Shown: positions 43,553 to 56,224 of the stretch, one piece after another
Position numbering within the stretch: the stretch's first letter is position 1
Layout of the letters: every line of letters begins with the position of its first letter
Origin: Macrostomum lignano
Lineage: Eukaryota
Direction: 5' to 3'
Assembly (NCBI GenBank): GCA_002269645.1
Contig: NIVC01000551.1
Coordinates: forward strand, 186,001 to 250,000
Length of the DNA: 64,000 nucleotides
Notes under the pieces: generated by a model
The model's input: the letters and a program-made list of their open reading frames with translations, nothing else
The model's database searches: none
What the model was told of the DNA's origin: nothing
Translations under genes and position numbers: made by a program

Positions 43553-45540
43553 TCAGGACAGCAGCTGCACGAACTGGCTCATGTCGAACTCCTCCTCGTA
43601 GTCCACAGTCAGCTCAGCCTCCGCAGCTGACGCGCCCGAAGCTGAAGCCGCCGACATCGAGCTGAGCACCGAGCCCAGCGTCTTGGACATCGCCTGCTTG
43701 GCTCTCTGCCTGGAGGCCGAATCCCTGCTGTCTGCCGCCGACTTGCCCGAAGCTGCTGAGCCGGAGGAGAACTCGAACAGGTCCAGCAGCTGCTCGGTGC
43801 CGAGCGACTCCACGCTGGCGTTGTCTGCGTTCACCACCGAGTTGGCGACTGCCGTCTTGAACTTCTGGTACCTGCGGGGAGCGGAGGGCGGTGCTGCTGG
43901 CGCTGGGGAATCTTCGGGCTGAGGTGCTGGATTCTCAGCACCGAAGAAATCCCCACAGTATTCCCCACAGCATCCCTCTAATCCCCACAGCATCCCTCAA
44001 ACCCCACAGCATCCCTCAAACCCCACAGAATCCCTCTAATCCCCACAGTATTCCAAAATTTCCAAAGGAATCCGAGAATTTTTCAGCCCGAGTGTCTCAT
44101 AATGTGAGCTCCCCTTAGCAACCCAGAACTCCCCATAGCAACCCCAAACTCACCTTGACAACCATGAACGCCTAATAGCAACCCAGAGCTTACCCTAGCA
44201 ACCTTACTGTTACGCTTCTTCCCGGGTTCTTGAAGATGTTCCTAGAAATAGAACTCGCTGCTCCGGAAGTAGCTAGATAGTACCGTTGTACTACTTACTA
44301 CCTATCGATTTTCCTGAAAAACCTAAAACGTTAGCCTTAGACTTGGTAGGGTTGCTGCCACTTTGGTTTGCGGACTCGACGCGTCGGCTGAGTTTTCTAA
44401 CCGTAACCTGAAATAAAATAACGAAGTCGCTCGGAGCAAAGGCAAATCTGAAAATGTCTCGACAGTTGATCGTTCCAAGTTGCTGCTCGAACCTGAAAAT
44501 CTTGAAAATCCTGCAATGAGAGAGGAGAGTTCGGAGAGGAGGCATGACAGTCTCGAAGCACGACGACGACGCTCTGGGAAAAAACGGCTCCCAGATGCTC
44601 TGTATTTATAGCCGAGCGGACACCCAAAATTCACGTGAGTTTCATGCGGTGAGCGCGTGAAACTTCCTTATTTGGGCTTCAGAATCATGCGAGAGATGCG
44701 CGATCCAAGGCCAACTTCTAAATAAGGTAACCCTGTCACGCAGCAGGGGCGTGACTCAAGGTCACCGGTCACGCCCAACTTGCGTGCAGAGTCACGTGCC
44801 TTCCTGTGCTAAAAATAGATTTGGGCGAATGAGTCATCCTGTTTACTCCCTCTAGGCAGCCATTACACTCCGCGCGCGCGAGAGGGCAGGTGATGAGTCA
44901 TCCTGCTACGCCTCCTCAGCGCGGGTGGGGAAAACATTGTGTGGCTGCCCGCGCCTGCTCGGGCGATGAGTCATTGGGCAGTAAACACTTCGGCCTAGCA
45001 CAGGGTAACTCTCTCTCAAACAGGTGGACTGAGCTGCTGTTGGATCACAGGTGGATCACAGAGCTCTTAGGGATAGCTAGTGAATGCTGCTGAATACCCG
45101 GTTAGCAGCTATGTCACTACACAACTCCTGAACTCACCTAGCAACCACCGTAGCAACCAAGAGCCAGAACTCCCCAGAAATCCCCAGCAACCCAGAACCC
45201 CCCAGTCCACGCACTTCATGATCTTCTCCTCGATGGTGTCCCTGGTGAGCAGTCTGTAGACGCTCACAGCCCGAGTCCATCCGATTCCGATCCGATGCGC
45301 CCTGTCCATGTCCTGCAGATCCTGCATGGGGTTCCAGTCGTGGTCAACAAAGATCACGGTGTCAGCGCCAGTCAGGTTCAGACCGAGGCCCCCAACAGAG
45401 GTTGTCAATAGCAACGCATCGATGCTGGGGTCGGAATTGAACTTCTGCACCAGACTGTGTCGGTCAGCGGCTGGCACCGAGCCGTCCAGCCCGCAGGTGC
45501 TGCATGTCGATGTCCTTGAAGACCAGCTTCTCAACGAGGT
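43553..45540 (-). pseudogene. BTAF1: Orphan 3' fragment (last two exons, about 45540-45215 and 43871-43553) of BTAF1/Mot1 SNF2-family ATPase
   Basis: [73 protein letters not shown]|YQKFK..LGTEQLLDLF. Intact GT-AG intron 45214-43872. A +1 frameshift precedes LDG, and no upstream exons are seen in the window. Confidence 0.85.
44603..44973 (-). promoter_or_regulatory. Promoter-like motif cluster: TATA, CArG, MEF2, two E-boxes, four AP-1 sites
   Basis: TATAAATA (44610-44603), CCTTATTTGG 44666, CTAAAAATAG 44809, CACGTG 44632 and 44793, TGA(G/C)TCA at 44752, 44830, 44894 and 44967. Confidence 0.5.
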
Positions 45541-47154
45541 CCACAGTTCTCAAACAAGAATCAAGTCGCCAGCCCCCCGGACCTTCGAGATATTTGATGA
45601 TTCTCCCAAAAGGTTGCATTTATTACTTTTTAATAAATGCTTGAGCGACTTTTACTTTTAACATTTTAAAAATCTCTCAAAACATTACATTATTGGCGAA
45701 AAAGTATTTATCGGATTTTTGCGGTTGCTGCTAAATCAAGTTTTGTTAAATAAGATGCATACGAGCGTATTTCATTTCATTTTTATATAATTTGACCTAC
45801 ATATAAATGATGTTAGATACGCTGCAGATACAAAAGATACGCTGCATGCTCTCACAGACTAAAAACTTGAAAGTACCTCATCGCTGATCTATACTTAGCG
45901 CAGGCGTAGGGTTCTATTTTAGTTCAACGTTTTCGGTTTCGCTGTGTACTACAGCTACAGCTAAAAAACATTAGCTAGCTATACAATGGACAAGAGACTT
46001 ATACTACCTCGTAAAATGTACATTCATAGCTGTAGCTACTGTGCATTGTACAACTGGTTAATAGGATTTCCAATCTAGTCTAGTTAACAGCTCTACTCAA
46101 CGCCTCACTATGTAGAAATACCAATTTGTGATATTAGTAAATTGCATTTGTTTGATAGGGTACATTGAAGTATTGTTGAATCGTTAAGGCACTTCCTGCA
46201 AGAGGATTTATGGTTGTAAATGTGCTACTAGAACTTTTATTGTAATCAATTTTTAGGCCTTAATTACAATCAACAGGCAGACTAGCACAGATACTCGATT
46301 CGATATCTGATTTGAGTCGATTCGCCCAGATGCAGAGCAAATTCCAGTGTAAGGTGCGATTAGAAGGCAAATTAGTTGGTCAGAATGATATTTTTAGTAC
46401 ACGTAGAATAGATGAGATATCTGTTTAGAACAGGGTAGATCCATGTAGAAGGTTCTGGCGTTACAATGCTGCAATGACGTCTTCATGGGCAGATGATGCA
46501 TTTAATAAAGCACAACCTCTGACTGGGCTTTTTTACTTTTTGTAAGTTGATTTCGGTAATTTCTTTTATAACTGACATCACGCGCCGACACAATATTGAC
46601 ACCATGTTGTCCTTGGGGTATTTAGTGCCGTAATTGTTGGTAAGTACAGAAGTCATTTTATAAACTACATGTAGCGTCTGTTTCCTCTTTCCTTGTAAGC
46701 CTTGACATCTCAGCAATTTCCCCCACAAGCCTTAAGATATCAACCCCCGTCTTGAAATCATAATGCCTTATCTCTAAGTAGCCACGAATCAGTTGAATCA
46801 GAGCTACTCGGAACGACTACTTAAACTTACACAATGCAGTACCGTGTAAACTTATGTGTATTTTTGGGATGCATTTTTAGTTTGCTTTAATGCTATAGTA
46901 GCTGCTTCGAAGAATTACTGTTTGTTACCAGATAAAAGGCCTAAGAATGGTGGAATCCTGGAAAATTTTTCCATGTGGCAAATGCAAGTAAGTCCTTTAG
47001 CCAGCAGCTGAAATTAATTTAACATGAATCACCATGTAATTTTAGGTATTATTTAGCGCCTAGAGATTTCCTGCTAACTTTTAGTAAGGTAAAGTTCAGT
47101 GACAAAAATGGAGACTGACTTGCAAGTGTTGCAAGCACTTCAGCAGCAATGCTT

Positions 47155-47337
47155 CAGTCAGTCAGTTAGTCGGTCAGTCACTCATTCAATTCAGTCAGTC
47201 AGTCAGTCAGTCAGTCAGTCAGTCAGTCAGTCAGTCAGTCAGTCAGTCAGTCAGTCAGTCAGTCAGTCAGTCAGTCAGTCAGTCAGTCAGTCAGTCAGTC
47301 AGTCAGTCAGTCAGTCAGTCAGTCAGTCAGTCAGTCA

Positions 47338-47368
<31 letters not shown>

Positions 47369-47433
47369 TGTTAGTCAGTCATGCAGTCAGTCAGTCAGTC
47401 AGTCAGTCAGTCAGTCAGTCAGTCAGTCAGTCA
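47155..47433. repeat. (CAGT)n microsatellite
   Basis: Direct inspection. Confidence 0.97.
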
Positions 47434-49137
47434 GTTAATTTTATCTGTGCACTACTCAGAGCGGCCCAGAGAGATGGATTTTGCTGCTGCGTACATTGGG
47501 GAAGCTCGAGAGTTCATCTGTTTCTTGCGGTTGCTGCAGCAGCAGCTGCGCTGTCGGTTGTCGCACTAGACGTCAAGAAAGCTGTGACGTCAATTTGAAA
47601 GTTCGTAAGTCTAATTACATGCACAGAATGTGAATTTATTATGTGCAGAACATCAAAATAAATTGCTATTTTTGGGCCTATATTTAATTTAAATCATGTT
47701 TTATGGACATTTATAGCTCGTATAATAATATCTGTTAAGCTGACAATTCGATATATCGATTAAAAAGTGTGAACATCGTCTTCCCAAAAACTGTTACTCC
47801 TATGAGATAAAATTATTTCAAATAGCTGTCTGTTTTACAAACAGACAAAGATACTTGTTCTCTCGGCCTGATTTGAAACTTCGAAGCTGTAATCTGTGTA
47901 CTTTAATCTGCAGAAAATAAATGTAAAATAAATCAAGATCCAGTCAGGTCTATGCATTGTAGTCCTAGTTACTATGCGAAATAAGCTCCATGAACTACAA
48001 AGTAACTGACCACTATAGACTGGAAAATATCTCCAGTTTAAAGGCGTTGGATTCTACTTGTGTACGCTCGCATATAGATTTACCGTTTTTAATTTCGCTG
48101 CGTACAAGCCCTAGTGGAACTCGGTTCGTACATTAGTTAGCTAACTACGCCGTTTTTTTCAAAAAGATTACCCAAATCCCGCTTTTGATTAAATTTGTTC
48201 TTTTTAATTGTCCGTTTAAATAAATAATGTTTTATATGACGCACCAAAAACTTCATTCCACAGGGCCTCTGCTTGGAGCATGATCGGGAACTCTGGGCTC
48301 AATCTGGAGGATTTCTCAGCAGGGGATCCTTTGTGGCTGTTAGCGAGGCTGACTTGCGGCTTTAATTACTAAGAGTAGCGTGAGATGAAAATGTACTGTC
48401 TATATTTTAGATTGCTCAGGGCGAAGGGACGCGTCAGCATGGGGTTGCAACCTTCCTACTGCCATTCTGTGCCAAGACTCGCTCATCCCCTCTACTGCAC
48501 GCACACTCCGACCCGCAGCACGCACCCACAGCCGTTAGCTTACCCAAACTTCCTTATGCTTCGCCACCCAGGGAGAAAGGCTTAGCAAGCCATGAGTGAA
48601 ATGATGGTGAAAGAGTGAATAATGATGAGGTTAGTTAATAGTTAATAATTAGGCCCTTAGGCAAATAATTAGGCAATTACGCGGCTTCACTATTGAATAA
48701 AGTACAGCAAAAGATACGGTATCACAATCGGCTCAGCTCTCTAATCATGCAATGGAAAATAGGCAAACCCCGGATAAGCAAGGCAATTAGAGCACAAATT
48801 AGTAATAGGAGCTTACCGGCAGCTGCACAGAGAGAGAGCGACGGAGTGGCCGAGGGCGGCTGTAGGCTGCAGTCAGACAGACGATGAAGCGGCGATGCGC
48901 TGAAGCGGCGAGGCGCTGGTGTAGATCAGGCGTTGCTGATGATGATTGGCGGTAACAGACCGCGGGCCGGCAGATGAGTTCACTTGGTGAGCTGAAGATA
49001 ACTTGGCGGTAACAGACCGCGGACCGGCAGAGGTTCGTCTTATAGACGAATAGGTCAGAGCAACGTCTGACAGCAAGTCCACAATAGGACGCTTGAGAAA
49101 ACGCGAAAGTTGAGGATTCTCATGCCGAAAACCGCTT

Positions 49138-49655
49138 CCTTATATAGCCTTCCCAGTCGCCGCTCCAAGGCCGTTTCCATGACTCCCTCTCTCTGATTGG
49201 ATGCCGGCAGAATGACGTCAGAATGAGTCATGATGAGAAGCATGAGAACGGCCTAGCAACATGAGAAATGGGAAAATTGCGCAATCCGGAGGTGGGGTGG
49301 GGGGATAATTGGCGCAGCGGAAGGTCGAGAAAGTGTTGCGCAAGCAAACATTGAGAACAATGGGGCGGGGGTCGAGAACAAAGGAATTGGAAATCGGGGA
49401 TAATTGGGGGAGAATCGAGAACAATAGAAAAGCAAACATTGGAGAAAAGGTGATAATTAGGTGCGAAAACGAGAACAATAGAAAGAGAAAATCGGAGAAA
49501 ATGTGACAATTGGTGGGGATAAAGAGAACAAAAGAAGCAAAAACGAGAACAATAGAAGCGGAGGTGGGGTGGGTGTCGCATGAGAAATTTGGGGAGGAGA
49601 ACAATGGTATGAGAAAAGATTGCGCAAGAGAAGGGGATGAGTCATCGATGAGTCA
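49138..49655 (-). promoter_or_regulatory. Promoter-like motif cluster: TATA/CArG-like, CCAAT, CRE, three AP-1 sites
   Basis: CCTTATATAG 49138, ATTGG 49196, TGACGTCA 49213, TGAGTCA at 49224, 49638 and 49649. A - strand donor CCG|GTAAGC lies at 48817/48816. Confidence 0.5.
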
Positions 49656-50062
49656 TCGAGGGGAAGGAGGGGTCACACGACTTGCGTCACCGTTTGGGAG
49701 TTTGAGAAGGGATGGGGACAGTGAGCACACAAAATACTGTAAGTAGACGCAGAGAAAGGGGGGACAGCGCAGGAAAATAGTGCGAAAAGGGGCAAAAAGA
49801 GGGGAGACAGGAAAATTGCATGAAGAATAGGGCGGAGCGCAGAGGAGATAGGGTAGAGAGGGAGGTACAAAGAGGGAGGGGGAGCTCCGGAAAGGCAAGT
49901 GTGGCGGCAGGGGAGACGGAGCCAAGGCAGCAGGGGGGTGCAGCAGAGCGGGAGTCTCCAGGCCTGGTCGGAGACCTGGCCGAGTCTCAACAGCTCTGTG
50001 CATGGAAGATATTGTGACTTTTCCTAAAATAAAGTTCTTATTCTTTCTATCCATTTTGCCAG

Positions 50063-50107
50063 AAAGGAATCCCATCCTGATAGGTGCTGCCAGCACCCGA
50101 ACTGCGG
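50063..50107 (+). CDS. Candidate second micro-exon of Cys-rich gene B1 (KESHPDRCCQHPNC); its own first exon is missing
   Basis: GCCAG| 45 nt |GTAAGA, with the same length and phase as 26318-26362 and 55038-55082. Confidence 0.5.
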
Positions 50108-51119
50108 GTAAGACGATCATATGTTTTAACAGAGTTGCGCATATTAATTACGCTCGTACGAATAAAGATATTGAAAGAGGTCAAGAGCGTATCTATTTTG
50201 CTATAGTATAGCTAAGACTCCAACTCAACGACTGCAGTTGCCGGATTGTTGTTAGTAACTGGAAAGAAAGAAAAAATGAATCTACGGTCATAAATCATAT
50301 ATACAAAAAATGAAAATATCTCAAAATCAGAGTAACACTTTGTTCCCAAATTATCAGTAAGCAGTTTTAATTAAACCCTGTAATTTTAATCCTACAGTAA
50401 ACACCGCTTAAAAAATTAATGTCTGATTAATACTCTATTGAGCAATTAGAAGTACACGTTGGACTTTTTGCTAAAACTTTCCACAAAGAATTTTTATCTT
50501 CTATGGATCTTCAATCGCTTCAAAATAGGCTAAAATTTCAGATCAGCTTAAATAATGTTTTTGTTGTCTCTGGTTTAGCCTTTGTACTCGTATAAAACTT
50601 TTTACTTTTAGAGGCTGATTATTACCGATTTGTTATCAGATTCTTAAAATACATCGATGTATTACCTAGAGTGTACTCCTAATCAGAATCTCAGTAAAAC
50701 TGATGGATTTACGATAAATCCAATGCCTTTCGATGTCTTTCGTCTTTGCCAAGAGCTTGTTGGCTCAAGCTTTTGTCTAAAATTTGAGAAGACATCAGTT
50801 ATAAATTAAGATCAGTATATGTACCTGATGTGAGCGCAAGACCAAACGCAAGAGCTGCAATAAACCAAATTGAAGTGTCGCCCATATATGGCAATGATTC
50901 CAAGTGCACAATTGCGATCTCGAATGACCAAAAAAGCAATTTAGTCAGCTCACTAGTTTGTAGTGCTGCAGGATGATGAATCTGGCATTTACAGGGTAGA
51001 TCTACCAGCAAAAATTAAGGTACTGCCTTGTAGGGGCTGTGTACCTGTAACTCTATCGCATGCATTTACCGTTCTACAATGTAGCTTAACTGCATTTTCA
51101 GTGTGAGTGTTTCCATTAA

Positions 51120-51570
51120 GTGTCAGTAGTGTGACTCTCCCAGTGTCAGTAGTGTGACTCTCCCAGTGTCATTGTGACTCTCCCAGTGTCTGTGTGACTC
51201 AGTGTGACTCTCCTAGTATCAGTAGTGTGACTCTCCCAGTGTCAGTAGTGTGACTCTCCCAGTGTCAGTAGTGTGACTCTCCCAGTGTCAGTAGTGTGAC
51301 TCTCCCAGTGTCATTGTGACTCTTCCAGTGTCAGTGTGACTCAGTGTGATTCTCCCAGTGTCAGTGTGACTCTCCCAGTGTCATTGTGACTCTTCCAGTG
51401 TCAGTGTGACTCAGTGTGACTCTCCCAGTGTCATTGTGACTCTCCCAGTGTCATTGTGACTCTCCCAGTGTCTGTATGACTATTCCAGTGTCAGTGTGAC
51501 TCAGTGTGACTCAGTGTGACTCTCCCAGTGTCTGTGTGGCTCAGTGTGACTCTCCCAGTGTCTGTGTGAC
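51120..51570. repeat. 20-bp minisatellite (GTGTGACTCTCCCAGTGTCA) in copy B
   Basis: Direct inspection. Confidence 0.95.
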
Positions 51571-52114
51571 TCTACCTCTTCTTTGAAGTCCATTAACAAC
51601 TGCAGAATAGAGCAACTGATTCTTGGTCGATGAAAATGCGTTTAAGAGTTCATTCAGAAACGCCAGGAGTCTGTGTGTAAGTGCCCACCTCATACTCGAA
51701 CTAGCACGAGAGTGTTAAGCCTAGATGAGTTCTATTTCCACGACCTTGTTGACCAAGTTTAAATTTGACAAAAACGTGTGCTCTAAATTAGGATTTGCAC
51801 AGAATACACTCGAAGTACTCATTGCTTTGATGGACAAGAAGCAAAGTGGCCGTCGGTTACGTGTCGATTATTCATGGCAGCTGTAGCCAACTCACTCGGT
51901 TCGCATTGCTGCAAAACGATGAGCATCCAATGAAGACGATCTAGTTAAAAATGAGACTCGACAACATAACGCTGAGGTACTACCGTATGGGCTCATCTAA
52001 GTCAGTATTTATTGCTGTTACAGTAAAAACAGTACCGCTACAGTGCAGTAAAATTCGAAATTTTGCCTTTTGACGACTAAATTACGCGAGGTTCACGGAT
52101 CATTTGCATCCACC

Positions 52115-52161
52115 ATGGATCAGTGTTGTTCGGTGCAGGGCTGCCCTCGTTGTAAAAGTGT
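52115..52161 (+). CDS. Candidate first micro-exon of Cys-rich gene B2 (MDQCCSVQGCPRCKS)
   Basis: CACCATGG context, CC-x4-C-x2-C, phase-2 donor GTAAGT. Confidence 0.55.
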
Positions 52162-52387
52162 GTAAGTTTTTCGAATTGCGAGACGCTCAAGGTTTCTACA
52201 GAAATGTACATTACAAGTACAAAGGTACAAATGTGCCTTTCTATTTTCTATTCCGTTGAGACCTGGTGATAAAACATGCTCCCCGAATCTTCGCTCCCCG
52301 TAATAGCGATATATCGCGGCTCACAGGCAGAGCTGCATTATACGCTTGTAATAATACACTGAAACGAGGAGATACACCAGAGTCTGT

Positions 52388-52715
52388 CTGGGAGGCTGGC
52401 CCAGCAACTGAGGATCTGGGAGGCTGGCCCAGCAACTGAGGATCTAGGAGGCTGGCCCAGCAACTGAGGATCTGGGAGGCTGGCCCAGCAACTGAGGATC
52501 TGGGAGGCTGACCCAGCAACTGGGAATCTGGGAGGCCGGCACAGCAACTGAGGATCTGGGAGGCTGGCCCTGCAACTGAGGATCTGGGAGGCTGGCCCAG
52601 CAACTGGGAATCTGGGAGGCCGGCACAGCAACTGAGGATCTGGGAGGCTGGCCCAGCAACTAGGAATCTGGGAGGCTGGCCCAGCAACTGAGGATCTGGG
52701 AGGCTGGCCCAGCAA
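52388..52715. repeat. 28-bp minisatellite (GGGAGGCTGGCCCAGCAACTGAGGATCT)
   Basis: Same family as 2385 and 57722. Confidence 0.95.
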
Positions 52716-52909
52716 CCAGAGTCTGCAGTATTTCATTGTTTTGTTGTATTATTATATATTTGAATCAATCTCAAAGCTCTGTGGCATGCGGTCATTTAAG
52801 CATTAATTACCAATAAAATATCCCACAAAGTATTTCATTTTTCCTGTTGTTAATTAAGCCGTTAATTAAGCCGTCTCTCCAGTAGCCCATCTGACTCCCA
52901 CAGTAGCAC

Positions 52910-54750
52910 ATTGGTGTGTCAGTGACTGCATTGGTGTATCAGTGACTGCATTGGTGTGTCAGTGACTGCATTGGTGTATCAGTGACTGCATTGGTGTGTC
53001 AGTGACTGCATTGGTGTGTCAGTGACTGCATTGGTGTATCAGTGACTGCATTGAGTGACTTCATTGGTGTGTCAGTGACTGCATTGGTGTGTCAGTGACT
53101 GCATTGGTGTATCAGTGACTGCATTGGTGTGTCAGTGACTGCATTGGTGTATCAGTGACTGCATTGAGTGACTTCATTGGTGTGTCAGTGACTGCATTGG
53201 TGTGTCAGTGACTGCATTGGTGTATCAGTGACTGCATTGGTGTGTCAGTGACTGCATTGAGTGACTTCATTGGTGTGTCAGTGACTTTTCTGGTGTGTCT
53301 GTCAGTGACTGCACTGGTGTGTCAGTGACTTCATTGGTGTGTCAGTGACTGCATTGGTGTGTCAATGACTGCATTTGTGTGTCAGTAACTTCATTGGTGT
53401 GTCAGTGACTTCATTGGTGTGTCAGTGACTGCATTGGTGTGTCAGTGACTGCATTGGTGTGTCAGTGACTGCATTGGTGTGTCAGTGACTGCATTGGTGT
53501 GTCAGTGACTGCATTGGTGTGTCAGTGACTGCATTGGTGTGTCAGTGACTGCATTGAGTGACTTCATTGGTGTGTCAGTGACTGCATTGGTGTTTCAGTG
53601 ACTGCATTGGTGTGTCAGTGACTGCATTTGTGTGTCAGTAACTTCATTGGTGTGTCAGTGACTGCACTGGTGTGTCAGTGACTTCATTGGTGTGTCAGTG
53701 ACTGCATTGAGTGACTTCATTGGTGTGTCAGTGACTGCATTGGTGTGTCAGTGACTGCATTTGTGTGTCAGTGACTTCATTGGTGTGTCAGTGACTGCAT
53801 TGGTGTGTCAGTGACTGCATTGAGTGACTTCATTGGTGTGTCAGTGACTGCATTGGTGTGTCAGTGACTGCACTGGTGTGTCAGTGACTGCATTTGTGTG
53901 TCAGTAACTTCATTGGTGTGTCAGTGACTGCACTGGTGTGTCAGTGACTGCACTGGTGTGTCAGTAACTTCATTGGTGTGTCAGTGACTTCATTGGTGTG
54001 TCAGTGACTGCATTGGTGTGTCAGTGACTGCATTGGTGTGTCAGTGACTGCATTGGTGTGTCAGTGACTGCATTGGTGTGTCAGTGACTTCATTGGTGTG
54101 TCAGTGACTGCATTGGTGTGTCAGTGACTGCATTGGTGTGTCAGTGACTTCATTGGTGTGTCAGTGACTGCATTGGTGTGTCAGTGACTGCATTGGTGTG
54201 TCAGTGACTGCATTGGTGTGTCAGTGACTGCATTGGTGTGTCAGTGACTGCATTGGTGTGTCAGTGACTGCATTGGTGTGTCAGTGACTGCATTGAGTGA
54301 CTTCATTGGTGTGTCAGTGACTGCATTGGTGTGTCAGTGACTGCACTGGTGTGTCAGTGACTGCATTTGTGTGTCAGTAACTTCATTGGTGTGTCAGTGA
54401 CTGCACTGGTGTGTCAGTGACTTCATTGGTGTGTCAGTGACTGCATTGAGTGACTTCATTGGTGTGTCAGTGACTGCATTGGTGTGTCAGTGACTGCATT
54501 TGTGTGTCAGTGACTTCATTGGTGTGTCAGTGACTGCATTGGTGTGTCAGTGACTGCATTGAGTGACTTCATTGGTGTGTCAGTGACTGCATTGGTGTGT
54601 CAGTGACTGCACTGGTGTGTCAGTGACTGCATTTGTGTGTCAGTAACTTCATTGGTGTGTCAGTGACTGCACTGGTGTGTCAGTGACTGCATTTGTGTGT
54701 CAGTAACTTCATTGGTGTGTCAGTGACTTCATTGGTGTGTCAGTGACTAC
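52910..54750. repeat. 20-bp satellite (GTCAGTGACTGCATTGGTGT), about 90 copies with higher-order structure
   Basis: Direct inspection. The same series of variant monomers occurs at about 53625 and 54364. Confidence 0.97.
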
Positions 54751-54800
54751 ATATTGTAGGGCTTTATAATTTTTAAAAATAATTCATCGTATTTGATCGA

Positions 54801-55520
54801 ATGGCGAATGAATGCTGTCGAAGGCCAAATTGCCCAAATTGTGCGAATATGTAAGTGATCTGGCTTCAATACTGGTAGCTACAGCTTGTTACATACTGAT
54901 ATCCGCTATCTGAATTAGCGCCAAAGCATGATACTTACCAATCGACTTACCAATTAACTTACCAATCGAATTCCTTCCCGCTTTATTGAGGATATTTTGA
55001 CTTGTTATTTAATAAATTTTTTTTTCTTTTCTGACAGAAGAAGACTCTATACTAATGCGTGCTGCCACCACCCAACCGACGGGTAAGTCGATCATTTGTT
55101 TTAGTAATTAATGATAATAATAATTGAATATGCACCTGTCTTTATGAGCAGATGGGCAAATAATAGCTCAGCCGAAACTTTTCTGTCCATGGACTATTCA
55201 GATATGAAGGCTGCGTACGGCTGTTCAGTCCAAGGACTGGAGGGTCGCCACACACCCTCAATTACCCCAGCTAATGCTGGCACCCTACCTCGTGCAACCC
55301 CTATTTTATCTGATCTGTTTTAATAGAGTGCATTAATTACGAATAAAGTTCTAAGAAAGGTCAAGAGCGATTCTACGAGTATGTTTCTCCGAAGGATCTC
55401 GTCTGCTGCGCTAGCATGCTGTATTGGTACATGCATGTACAGTGTTCCAAAAAACTTTCAGAGGCTGCGGTGGCCGAGGATCCAACTCAACGATTGGGAT
55501 GGTTGGCATCTTTTTTCTAG
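54801..55520 (+). CDS. Candidate complete small Cys-rich gene C1; exons 54801-54850, 55038-55082, 55395-55426, 55462-55520; 61 aa MANECCRRPNCPNCANIRRLYTNACCHHPTDGISSAALACCIEAAVAEDPTQRLGWLASFF
   Basis: All three introns are GT-AG and phase-consistent. The PTQRL frame of the last exon is also retained in copy B. Confidence 0.55.
55190..55300 (-). mobile_element. SINE 3' fragment (same family as 4675..4850) in intron 2 of gene C1
   Basis: CCCTCAATTACCCCAGCTAATGCTG is the exact reverse complement of a segment near 4745-4770. It is absent from copies A and B. Confidence 0.65.
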
Positions 55521-56224
55521 CGACTGGAGCAGTTATTCTTATCGGTGCTTTCGGATCAAAAAGATAAATCTATCTTACTTTCTCGAAAGCAAATACATGA
55601 GTTAATTATTCGTGAGATTGATTGATGAGATGTAAGTATAACAAACATACGCACTCGTATTTTAAAACGATAAAAATTCATTTAACAGAAACCTGTCATG
55701 TATGTTCGTGAACTATTTTTCATTGTTTCTGTGATTTAGGCTGAGTAAACTTTCTACTGCTCTAGGGGGCCGATCATTTTTAATTTGGTATCAGATTCTT
55801 AAAATACATGGATGTTATTACCGACTCCTAATCAGAATCTCAGTAAAACTGATGGATTTATGATCTATCCAATGCCTTTCAATGTCTTTCGTCTTTTCCA
55901 AGAGCTTCGTTTGTCTAAAATTTGAGAAGACGTCAGTTATAAATTAAGACCAGACTAAAGCTGCAATAGACCAAATTGAAATGTCGCATAAATGTGGCAA
56001 CCATACAAGTGCATAATTGCGAGCTCGAATGACCAAAAAAGCGATTTAGTCAGCTCACTAGTTTGTAGTGCTGCAGGATGATGAATTTGGCATTTACAGG
56101 GTAGATCTACCAACAAAAACTAAGGTACTGCCTTGTAGGGGCTGTGTACCTGTAACTCTATCGCGTGCATTTACCGTTCTACAATGTAGCTTAACTGCCT
56201 TTTCAGTGTGACTGTTTCCATTAG

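Larger units (their letters stand above)
50010..52910 (+). repeat. Segmental duplication copy B (5'-truncated; the 52200-52910 part is shared with 57560-58410)
   Basis: Block-by-block similarity with copies A and C. Confidence 0.9.
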
